This document shows positions 33,859 to 44,313 of a stretch of 64,000 nucleotides of DNA, piece after piece; position 1 is the first letter of the stretch, and every line of letters begins with the position of its first letter. Origin of the DNA: Blastocladiella emersonii ATCC 22665 (lineage: Eukaryota > Fungi > Blastocladiomycota); contig JANHCV010000003.1 in the NCBI GenBank assembly GCA_025594325.1, forward strand, positions 1,240,001 to 1,304,000. Reading direction: 5' to 3'. The notes beneath the pieces were generated by a model. That model ran no database searches. It was given only the letters and a program-made list of their open reading frames with translations, and had not been told where the DNA came from. The position numbers were made by a program, and so were the translations under genes.

Positions 33859-35088
33859 ATGGGTCGCACTCAGCTCCACTCTGCCCAGCGCCAGGCCGTG
33901 CACCAGCACCAGGCCCAGACCGCCAACACCAAGTCCGCCATCGCGATCAACAACAACGCGCCCGCTGCGAAGCAGCAGCAGCAGGCTCGTGTCCAGTCGC
34001 CGCAGCTCAAGCAGGCTGCCCCCGCCGCCGCCGCTCAGCAGCAGAAGCAGGCCCCGCAGCAGGCCCGCGCGCAGTCGGCTCAGCCCAAGCAGCAGCAGGC
34101 CGCTGCGCCCGTTGCTCCTCAGCAGCAGCTCAAGGCCGCGGCTCCCGCGAAGCAGCAGCAGCAGACTCGCGCTCAGTCGCCCCAGCTCAAGCAGCAGCAG
34201 GCTTCGATCGCCGCTGCTCCCCAGAAGTCGCAGCAGCAGCAGCTTCAGGCCCGCACCCAGACAGCGGCCGCCGCGCAGGTCTACCGCGCCACGCCCGTGC
34301 GCGAGCATCCCGATGACGCGTTCCTCTCGGGCGCGTGGATGTTTGACGAGGCCCGCGTCCCGCAGTGGATGGCGCCGCAGCTGCCCAAGGCCCAGCAGCA
34401 GCAGGCCCGCGCCGCTCAGCCCACCGCCGCCGCTCGCGCTCAGTCGCCTCAGCAGCAGCAGCATCACCTCAAGCAGGCGGCCCCCGCTGCCGCCACGCCC
34501 GTGAAGCAGCAGGCGGCCGCTCGCGCGCAGCCTCAGAAGGTCCAGCTCCCGCGCAACGCCGCTGCTGTGATCCTCGTCGGCGCGGTCCGCGCCAAGAACG
34601 CGTCGGCCGACGACGCCTTCTTCTCGGGCTCGTGGCTCTTTGACTCGGCCGCCGCGCCGCAGTGGCTCCAGTCGCAGCTGCCCGCGCCCAAGGCCCAGCA
34701 GGCGCAGGCTCAGGCTCAGGCTCAGCCTCAGCAGCAGCAGCTCAAGCAGCAGGCCCCCGCTCCTCGCGCGCAGTCGGCCCAGATCAAGCAGGCTGCTGCC
34801 CCGACTCAGCAGCAGCAGGCGCGCGCTCAGTCGCCTCAGCTGAAGCAGGCAGCGCCCGCTCAGCAGGCTGCCGCCGCTCCCCGCGCGCAGTCGGCCCAGC
34901 TCAAGCAGGCCGCTCCTCAGCAGCAGCAGACCCGCGCTCAGTCGCCGCAGCTCAAGCAGGCGCAGCAGCTTCAGAAGCCCCAGCAGCAGCAGATCCAGGT
35001 CCAGGCCCAGGCCCAGAAGCAGCAGGCCCAGAAGCAGCAGGACCAGCGCCGCCCGCAGTCGCCGACCCGCGGCAACAAGCGCGCGTAG
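33859..35088 (+). CDS. 409-aa Gln/Ala-rich basic low-complexity repeat protein, left-arm copy
   Basis: ATG in good context after a TATA box; CAG/GCC-biased codons; 8 R(A/V)QS(P/A) repeats; two DDAF(L/F)SG(A/S)W(M/L)FD...PQW motifs; poly(A) signal. Confidence 0.85.
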   Translation: MGRTQLHSAQRQAVHQHQAQTANTKSAIAINNNAPAAKQQQQARVQSPQLKQAAPAAAAQQQKQAPQQARAQSAQPKQQQAAAPVAPQQQLKAAAPAKQQQQTRAQSPQLKQQQASIAAAPQKSQQQQLQARTQTAAAAQVYRATPVREHPDDAFLSGAWMFDEARVPQWMAPQLPKAQQQQARAAQPTAAARAQSPQQQQHHLKQAAPAAATPVKQQAAARAQPQKVQLPRNAAAVILVGAVRAKNASADDAFFSGSWLFDSAAAPQWLQSQLPAPKAQQAQAQAQAQPQQQQLKQQAPAPRAQSAQIKQAAAPTQQQQARAQSPQLKQAAPAQQAAAAPRAQSAQLKQAAPQQQQTRAQSPQLKQAQQLQKPQQQQIQVQAQAQKQQAQKQQDQRRPQSPTRGNKRA

Positions 35089-35604
35089 CGGCCTCGACGC
35101 GTAACGATACCCTTGACGTGCATCGCGAGGAGCGAAATCGGCTCATGCGATGTTCGACCGATCAATAAAAGACTTCTCCTATCCTTTCGTGTATGAAAGC
35201 ATTAGTGGACGCGTCGCGATATCATGTGGCGACCAAGTGACGCGGCGGAGTCAGCTTCATTTGCGCCGGGAAGCGACCGTCGTCGTTGGCTTCCTTGGCC
35301 GTTCCTCTCACGGCTCACCACCACTCGCCATGAATCTGATGAACGAGTCGATGCAACGACCATGGAATCACGCGATGAACTTGACTTGCTGCATTATGGC
35401 CCTCACGCTTCCAAGTGCTTCTCAGTCGGTCGGCCGAACCGCACTGCACTTCACCCGCTTGAACGAAGCTAGCGGGCGGATCCTCGACCCTCTCTCATGG
35501 TCGACCCGAATAGAATCGACCCGACGGCGATGACTTGCCGTTGATACACCAGACAGACGTGCGTCTCGAGCGGCATTACGACACCGCCCTAAAGATCGAC
35601 GAAT

Positions 35605-37132
35605 TTGCCCGCCGCCTACGATCACACCATGTCGCGGATCTTCGCCGACTTCCGCGGACGCTTCAACAAATCGTGTTTGTACCACGTTCTCGTGTACGGC
35701 CCGGGCTTGGTCCGCGACGAGACGCTCGATGAGCATGGGTACCTTGCTCTCGTCGCCCATGTGCGCATGCACGTCGCGCACTGCTCGACCGTGCTCGATC
35801 CGCTGCTCGCACTCACGCGAGGCAAGAGCAACGCGCCGGGCACGTTGCCGGTTGAGTGGAACGACGCTCCGCGCGCCGCGTTCGCCCGCTTCAAGGCGTG
35901 GATCATGCAGATTCCGGCGCTCCAGGCGGCCGAGCTCGACCATGACGCTGAGCTCGTGATGTACACGGACGCCTCGGACGTCGGCGTGGGCGCGGCGCTC
36001 ATGCGCGTGAATGCGGACGGCAAGGAGTACCCAGTGCGCTTCGAGTCGGCGGTCCTCAACTCGGCGCAGCGCAAATACAGCGCTCCGAAGCGCGAGCTGC
36101 TGAGATGGTCACCGCGCTGCACAAGCTCCTGCCGTACCTCGACAACCGCCGGTCCCGCGTGCGCACCAACTCGTCCGGCGGCGCGCAGATCACCAACAAC
36201 GGCCCCGAACCTTTCGACGCGGCCATTAAGCGGTGGGCGCTCGCCACCCGTGACTACGACATGGTCGTCGAGCACGTCTCGCGGGACAAGAACAAGCTCG
36301 CCGACGCACTGTCGCGCACGGAGTCGGCGCTCGACGACAAGAAGTCGGCCGTCGAAGGGCCCCGAGTTCGACGCCCCTGCGGAAAAGAACCTCGACCGCG
36401 CCACCTCGGCCAAGACGGGCGTCACGCAGGGCGTCGCCGCGGCGATCGGTACTCCGTCACCCGTCGCCTTCGCTCCCGGCCCGCTCACGCTCCAGCACGC
36501 GTCAAGTTTCGAGTACCTGATCACGGACGCCATACCGCCTACGCTGTCCAAGCACACGGCCGCCCAGTTCCCCGCCAAGGTCGGCGGCTACATCGCGTGC
36601 GGCGGGCACCTGTATCGCATGGGCGTACCAGGCAAGCCGCCCCGTCTCGTCGTCGATGATCACGCCACGCAAAAGCGAATCTTCGCGGCGCTCCACGACG
36701 GCATGGGCCACCGCGGCGAGGTCGGCACGCTCGGGCTCGTCACGCACCGCTACTTCTGCCCCAACATGACGCGCTCGATCCGCAAATACCTGCAGTCGTG
36801 CGATTTGTGCCAGCGCTGGTCCGCTCGTCGCTTCGTCGACCCGCTCGGCGGTCGCGCGGTTCTTGCTGGCCCGTTCGACCAGATCACTATCAACCACGTG
36901 CAGTTGCCCTCGAGCAAGGCGTCGACGCAGGTCATAAGCGCAGCTCGTGCGCGTCAACCGGCCCGAACCGCTGCGCGTCGGCGACCTCGTCCTCGCCCTC
37001 GCCCTCGACATCAAGGTTGACGGCTCGCTCTCGGACAAGGAGAAGCCCGCGCGCACCGGCCCGTACATCATTATCGACCAGGCCGCGAGCAAGCACGGCG
37101 AGCCGCTGACGACATACTCGGTGCTGACGTGA
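35605..37132 (+). mobile_element. Decayed Ty3/Gypsy pol fragment (RT end, RNase H, integrase H2C2, GPY/F tail) in the palindrome spacer
   Basis: PAAYDHTMSRIFADF; LVMYTDASDVGVGAAL...PVRFESAVLNSAQRKYSAPKRELL; after a frameshift DYDMVVEHV...NKLADALSR; H-x4-H...C-x2-C (LHDGMGH...SCDLCQ); then RTGPYIII. Domain order RT-RH-IN; DDE core missing; no LTRs seen. Confidence 0.9.
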
Positions 37133-38174
37133 CGACGCTCGCCCAGGGAGGCGCCTGGGCCGGCAAGGCCAAAGGGCTGCGAGTGTTGTGCATGAAGCGC
37201 AGCTCTCACAGGGCGCCAACGCCCAGTGCAACCGCGTCCTTCATTGCACTGCGCTCTCGGCATGCATGAGCCAATATGTAAAATCTCCATTTGTGCAGTC
37301 GACTCGCCCGCTGCTTGGTTGCCCTCTCCTAAAATGAACGAACACGTGTAATGCGTGTCCTTGAGCCCAGATTTCGGCCTGGTCGCGGCCATGGCGTAGC
37401 CAGGTACGTTTAAACATCGATTCCGCGGTGGCAGCCAACCCGCCCATACCTCGGGGATCATCGACAACTTTGCATCAAGAGCGGCGACACCGGCTGATGC
37501 AACAAGCACATCAGCACGGACTGCGCGCTGATCGAAACAGGCCATTAGGTTCTCATCAACCGTGTCAAAACCTTTGCTGCAGTTCGAGTCAAGTAGTTTG
37601 GGAACAACTTCGAGACTAACGAGGGGACATCGGGCAAGATGTACTTGAAAATCGTTCTGGAGCGGCAGCCGCACCGAGCACCAAGTCGGCCGCTCGAGAC
37701 GCACGTCTGTCTGGTGTATCAACGGCAAGTCATCGCCGTCGGGTCGATTCTATTCGGGTCGACCATGAGAGAGGGTCGAGGATCCGCCCGCTAGCTTCGT
37801 TCAAGCGGGTGAAGTGCAGTGCGGTTCGGCCGACCGACTGAGAAGCACTTGGAAGCGTGAGGGCCATAATGCAGCAAGTCAAGTTCATCGCGTGATTCCA
37901 TGGTCGTTGCATCGACTCGTTCATCAGATTCATGGCGAGTGGTGGTGAGCCGTGAGAGGAACGGCCAAGGAAGCCAACGACGACGGTCGCTTCCCGGCGC
38001 AAATGAAGCTGACTCCGCCGCGTCACTTGGTCGCCACATGATATCGCGACGCGTCCACTAATGCTTTCATACACGAAAGGATAGGAGAAGTCTTTTATTG
38101 ATCGGTCGAACATCGCATGAGCCGATTTCGCTCCTCGCGATGCACGTCAAGGGTATCGTTACGCGTCGAGGCCG

Positions 38175-39404
38175 CTACGCGCGCTTGTTGCCGCGGGTCG
38201 GCGACTGCGGGCGGCGCTGGTCCTGCTGCTTCTGGGCCTGCTGCTTCTGGGCCTGGGCCTGGACCTGGATCTGCTGCTGCTGGGGCTTCTGAAGCTGCTG
38301 CGCCTGCTTGAGCTGCGGCGACTGAGCGCGGGTCTGCTGCTGCTGAGGAGCGGCCTGCTTGAGCTGGGCCGACTGCGCGCGGGGAGCGGCGGCAGCCTGC
38401 TGAGCGGGCGCTGCCTGCTTCAGCTGAGGCGACTGAGCGCGCGCCTGCTGCTGCTGAGTCGGGGCAGCAGCCTGCTTGATCTGGGCCGACTGCGCGCGAG
38501 GAGCGGGGGCCTGCTGCTTGAGCTGCTGCTGCTGAGGCTGAGCCTGAGCCTGAGCCTGCGCCTGCTGGGCCTTGGGCGCGGGCAGCTGCGACTGGAGCCA
38601 CTGCGGCGCGGCGGCCGAGTCAAAGAGCCACGAGCCCGAGAAGAAGGCGTCGTCGGCCGACGCGTTCTTGGCGCGGACCGCGCCGACGAGGATCACAGCA
38701 GCGGCGTTGCGCGGGAGCTGGACCTTCTGAGGCTGCGCGCGAGCGGCCGCCTGCTGCTTCACGGGCGTGGCGGCAGCGGGGGCCGCCTGCTTGAGGTGAT
38801 GCTGCTGCTGCTGAGGCGACTGAGCGCGAGCGGCGGCGGTGGGCTGAGCGGCGCGGGCCTGCTGCTGCTGGGCCTTGGGCAGCTGCGGCGCCATCCACTG
38901 CGGGACGCGGGCCTCGTCAAACATCCACGCGCCCGAGAGGAACGCGTCATCGGGATGCTCGCGCACGGGCGTGGCGCGGTAGACCTGCGCGGCGGCCGCT
39001 GTCTGGGTGCGGGCCTGAAGCTGCTGCTGCTGCGACTTCTGGGGAGCAGCGGCGATCGAAGCCTGCTGCTGCTTGAGCTGGGGCGACTGAGCGCGAGTCT
39101 GCTGCTGCTGCTTCGCGGGAGCCGCGGCCTTGAGCTGCTGCTGAGGAGCAACGGGCGCAGCGGCCTGCTGCTGCTTGGGCTGAGCCGACTGCGCGCGGGC
39201 CTGCTGCGGGGCCTGCTTCTGCTGCTGAGCGGCGGCGGCGGGGGCAGCCTGCTTGAGCTGCGGCGACTGGACACGAGCCTGCTGCTGCTGCTTCGCAGCG
39301 GGCGCGTTGTTGTTGATCGCGATGGCGGACTTGGTGTTGGCGGTCTGGGCCTGGTGCTGGTGCACGGCCTGGCGCTGGGCAGAGTGGAGCTGAGTGCGAC
39401 CCAT
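38175..39404 (-). CDS. Gln/Ala-rich repeat protein, right-arm copy
   Basis: Translation identical to 33859-35088. Confidence 0.85.
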   Translation of the reverse strand: MGRTQLHSAQRQAVHQHQAQTANTKSAIAINNNAPAAKQQQQARVQSPQLKQAAPAAAAQQQKQAPQQARAQSAQPKQQQAAAPVAPQQQLKAAAPAKQQQQTRAQSPQLKQQQASIAAAPQKSQQQQLQARTQTAAAAQVYRATPVREHPDDAFLSGAWMFDEARVPQWMAPQLPKAQQQQARAAQPTAAARAQSPQQQQHHLKQAAPAAATPVKQQAAARAQPQKVQLPRNAAAVILVGAVRAKNASADDAFFSGSWLFDSAAAPQWLQSQLPAPKAQQAQAQAQAQPQQQQLKQQAPAPRAQSAQIKQAAAPTQQQQARAQSPQLKQAAPAQQAAAAPRAQSAQLKQAAPQQQQTRAQSPQLKQAQQLQKPQQQQIQVQAQAQKQQAQKQQDQRRPQSPTRGNKRA

Positions 39405-40825
39405 TCTTTGATAGTAGGTTTGTCGGATACGTGAGCAAAGTATGCAAGCGTGTTGTGAAGCGGCGGGGAGAGCGGGGAACGGCCCGGATTTATACGATCG
39501 GAGGTGACACGCATGCGGCGAGGACTCCGCGAGTGCAAACGAAGGGGCACATGACCGACTGACGGAGCCGTAGGCGCAGTGCGAGACATGCGAGACGCGA
39601 AGATGAGCAGTGCGGACCACGACCACTCAGAGCTCGCCGTGGTCACGCTGTGGCGCAGCTGTGGCGCAGCGCGTCACGCGTTGCGCGCTCCGTGCATCAC
39701 AAGTGTTAAATTCAGCGAAGAACACAATATGGTTGAAGAAAAAAAAATCAATGAAAAAAATCAATGATATTTTGCGTCTTACGACGGGTTACCTATCATT
39801 TTGCTTTACTCGCGGCGTCAGCTTGTTCAACCGCTGACGAAGAGCGCGGGCATAGCACCTGTGCCTGCTGAGTTTATGACAAGTGATGCCGAATAATCAA
39901 TATGGAAGCTTGTTGTTGGGCCTTGGCTCAGAGCCTACCACTGATGAGAAAAACTTGGGGATGCGCGGGTTGCCGCGTAGAGCATGAACATGAGCAGCGC
40001 AACGTTCCAACTCCGACTGAGCGGGAAAAGCAAGGACTCGGCGACCAAGCTTGCAAGTACTACCGGGCAAAAATACGAGAGGAAGCAATAAAACTAGCGA
40101 AAGCGGACTCGATTTGATCGTTGAGCGAGCGCTTCGGAAGCCATAGAAAGTAGCAGGTGAAATCGGTGGTGTGCCGAGTCGCGGCAATCCATAGTCAAGG
40201 GCCAAATCGGAAGCGTGGAGTGGTCTCGGCGATGGACGACGATGGTCAGCTTGGACTGCTGCTGCTGCTCCTTGCTGGACGACCCGCGGCCCGAGTCACC
40301 ATGGCCATGGCCGTGGCCGCGCGCTGGGTCCCGATCAGGGAGCGAGTCCCTGCGCGAGTGTCGAGCTCCGTAATGTGCGAGAGCTGGCCCACGCCAGAGC
40401 GAGAGCCTTGATCTTGCCTCGCCGAGCCGCGACGCGACGCGCCGCTGAGCCCATCTTGGAGTGGAGTGATTTGCAGTCAAAGCAGCTCGCCTTGCTCGCG
40501 GCAGCAGAAAAAAGCGCGCCGGCCGATCGTCGCGTGTCGCGCCCTCGTGTCGTCGAATCTCACTAGACCCGGGCGAACCGTCAGTATCCGTGGCAAGTAA
40601 TCGAGCGAGTGAACGGCTTGTCGCGTACCCACCCACCAATGTATCGCCCGTCACCCGGATCTTGGTCGCCGTGCTGCGCGGCAAGCTAGCTTGCTGGCGA
40701 GAAGTGAAGTGGAACCAGATCGACGTGGAGGGTGAAGAGCTTGACGCGCGCGTCGCCATTCTTGTTGATCACGGCGTCAATACAATGCTCGAGAAACGGA
40801 TGATCATCGTCGGACTGCTGACCAC

Positions 40826-43800
40826 CACAGTGAAAAAGCGCCCAGGCTAGGGCTGCGGTTAGGCGGGCTTAGCTGCGGTGCGATCGCGATCGGCGCCACG
40901 CGGCAAAGTCCCTGAGCTAGCACCTCGGTTAGGAAAGCTTAGCTCGGCGTGCGGCTTAGGATAGAGTTTGGCCCGGTTTGCAACTCCATCACGCTAACCC
41001 TTCCCTTAACCTCGGCCTAAGCACTCCCACCGTTACTCAATGAATACACCATGTATACTAGTTGCAACGCCTTCTATGTGCTCGTCCACGTCGGGACAGG
41101 GATCTCGCACACGATCCAGCTTGCCCGCGTCGTCATGGCGTCCACCGTGGTGATCGGCGCCTCGACCGTCCTCCGCCGCTCCGACCGCGTCAAGCGCCGG
41201 TCGCTGCACACGCGCGCCGTGATGGCCTGCACTGGAAGGACGAGGTGAGCGCCGTCGCCAGCGTCCAAACGGCTCCTCGATCCGTCGCACGCCCGCGATC
41301 TCGATCCGCTTGGGGAAGTTGTCGGCGAGGTCGTCATGCAAGTAGTCGACCTCGTTGACGAGCGTCACCTGCGCAAAGACCTGGCCGACGTACTCGAAGA
41401 AACCCGTGCACCGCGCGAGCGCCGACACAAGCTCGAGGCCATGAGTTGCTGGCGCGGCCGCGCTCCAGCGCCGCGAGAAGACGGTGAGCGCTTGCTTGTT
41501 GCTGAGCGTTTCCCGTAACAGGCGCGGTATCACGATGCGTGCCAGGTGAATGGACGCCAACACGGAAAGCGCGGCGGGAGACCGCGACCTGCATCAGGTC
41601 CTCCCGCACTTCGTTGTGATTGTCCTTGATATCCCCGTTCCGCCGTTCACCAGGTACCCGCTCGTGTCGCCGTCCCTGTGCTGGCTCCAGGCGCTGTTTG
41701 TCGCGGCGGACCTGGCCACCGCCAACCGCGCTATGTGCTGAGCCGCCCTGCGCGTCACCTCGTTCTTGCGCGACGTACTCCAAAGGCTCCTCGCCGTCGC
41801 TGCCGTCCTGCACGCCCAGCTGGCCACGGGCGCCGATACTCGCGCCCCGCCGCTCACCGCGGGTCTGTACGCCGCCGCGTGCCTGCTCGCCGCGGGGCTC
41901 GCGCATGCGCACGTCCTTACCATGCTGTACCCTTGAGCGACCATGGCGGCGACCGAAGATCGCCCACGCAAAGTCGTCGGGAGCGTCATGTACCGGTTCT
42001 GCATCTAGAGGGACCACCGCGCGATACCGACTCGATGGCGCCCTACTACGCACAGCTGCGCGCCTCGCGCCACGCACAGTGGACTTCAACGCATCCGTCG
42101 TCGGCGCCAAGGGCGGGGCAGGTTTCACCCGGTGCATCAGTTTGTCGCGCAGCTCGGCCAGTGTGGGAGCCTCGTCCCCGCCAACCGCGAGAAGTCGGTG
42201 CATGACCTGCTGCAGTTTGAGTTCAGGCTCGTCGTCGGCGACTGTGTCACCAAGGTCAAGCGGCGTCGCCCCTCGTGGCGCAGCGCCAAGGTATGTGGAC
42301 GCGTGATGGGCGTCTTTTTGTCGCGGTTGACTGACACGCGAGGGACGAGTGTAGATTGTGCGCCTTATCGATCGGGTGCGCCCGATTGCGCTCTACCATC
42401 CCGCCGAGATTGGCGAGGATGACGCATCCACGCCCTCACCTCAGCATCACGCGCGCGGGAACCGGCGCCTGGCCGTCGTCGCAGTCGACCATTTCGCGGC
42501 CTCGCCCGAGATGCCTATGGCGGGAATGCTCGTCCCTTTTGACGTGCGCGCGAGCGAGCAGGCGACCCTCGGCTTCGACATGGCCGCGCGGCACGCGGAC
42601 TCGACCATCGAGACTAACCGCCAGGACCGGATTCGCGAGGCCGAGGTGCTCGCAGAGCATCCCGATGACCCGTCGCACAAGCTGTTCTACCCGCCCTCTG
42701 ATGGTGCGTGAACAGGGCGACCGCGTCGCCGTTGCGCGACACAGCGCCAGGGCACCAGTTGGACGCATTTGATTGTATTTCTTCCGTTAAATACGTTGCA
42801 AGCAGTGCCTTATTCAGTTCTGTGTCGTGTTGAAAAAACCTTTGAGGATTTTGCGACACGGGTAGCATGACTCGTGCAACGGCGTGCGAGCCAGCCGTGC
42901 AGTTGTGGACGCGGCGGTCATCTGCACGTGACGCGTCGTGGGGACCGAACAAGGTTTCGAACCCCTTCGCTCGCGTTCTTGCTGAGACCGGGAGGGTCCT
43001 TCCGCCGCGGCGGTATTTAAGCTTCGCGCGCCCGCACTCTGCTCAGCAAGGCACTCTTCTCCCCCGCGGCCGCCCCTCGTCAAGATATTCGCCTCGTATA
43101 GCATGCGCGCCACGGCCGACGTGACGGCGACGGGTACGCCTCCTCCCAGTTTGACCGTGACGGTCGTGTGTGTCTCATCGGCCGACCTAACTCATAGCTA
43201 ACCTGTACTGTGTCCGCTCGTCATTGTCTAGGCTAACGGAATCGGCCCAGGTCAGCGTGAAGGTCGATGGCCATGGTCGGCCTGTTCTCGTCTCGTCGCT
43301 GATCCGTACGTGAGCTGCTGTTTCTCCTCCTCTTCGCCTCCACCAATGCCTCTCGTGGTATCTCGACGAGTGTGCTGGCGAGCGGAGCCCGTCCTCACGG
43401 GCCTCGTTTGCGGGCCGCCGTCGCAAGGCGCCTCGCTCGTGCTCCTCGGACCGTTCACTGAAGTCCTGCGTGCCGTGAATCGTAGCCGGTATCGCTCAAG
43501 CATATCGATGTACGTGTTCTCCTCATCACGACTCGGCGGTGGTGCTGGGCGGACGCGACCGCCGCCACGTCCGCGGCCGCGGCTTGCCGCTGCTGCTCGA
43601 GCTGTACCTGGCCATCATCGCGAAGGCGGTTGGTTTCGGCTCGACGCGGCGGTCGCGAGTCGCGGCCGACGAGTACGGCGGTATTCGCCGTTGTGTTCGC
43701 CGTCGCTGCTCGGGGGAGCGGCGGCGTGTGACGGGTGGCGGTCGCGGGCTGTGCGGTGTCCTGGGACCGGCCGATCGGGGGCGGCGTGATTTCGGGCGGC

Positions 43801-44313
43801 GAGTGTGGCGCAACGCGTGGGACGCGTGCGCGAGCGCAAGCGGCGTGGCCGCTGTTTTAATCACCTCAATATACGTGATTTGCCGAAAACGTGTCATGAT
43901 GAGTCAGTAAATGATATTCAGCTGTATCGAGCCTAATTAGCTGCTAACCAGCTCCTAATCGCTTCCGATACTAATCTACGTAACTTCGCACTAATCCGTC
44001 TCGCGATTAGTCGCGCTTCTCTAACCTCGTCGCGCGTCAAACTACGCCTAAGCGCCTTCAAACTCATTACTTGTTAGCCGCCTGCTAACCGCGACGCTAG
44101 CTCGACTACTAGTCGTTGCTAACCCACGACCTAACCTTGCGTCGCTAACCCACGATCCTAACCTGACCATGACTGGTTAGAGATTCGATCGCGCTAACCG
44201 GTCTCCTAACCCTTCTTAACCGTTCCGAAAAACCTAAGCGGTGCTAACCTACCCTAACCATGGGTTAGGAGCGGGTTAGGGCGATTTCCTAACCGGGGTG
44301 CTTTTTCACTGTG
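40826..44313. mobile_element. CMC/EnSpm-like TIR element, right-arm copy
   Basis: CACAGTGAAAAAGCG at 40826 and GCTTTTTCACTGTG ending at 44313, flanked by AC on both sides (mirror of GT). Confidence 0.8.

Larger units (their letters stand above)
20737..35574 (+). repeat. Left arm (14,838 bp) of giant inverted repeat
   Basis: Every ORF inside has an identical mirror with start+end=73263 (e.g. 22427..23581 vs 49682..50836; 33637..35088 vs 38175..39626). Complementarity breaks at 20736/52527 and 35575/37688. Confidence 0.97.

Noticed and set aside
35190-35574. Inner arm ends as LTRs of the Gypsy relic
   Set aside because: They are inverted rather than direct, and no TG...CA ends, primer-binding site or polypurine tract were recognised.
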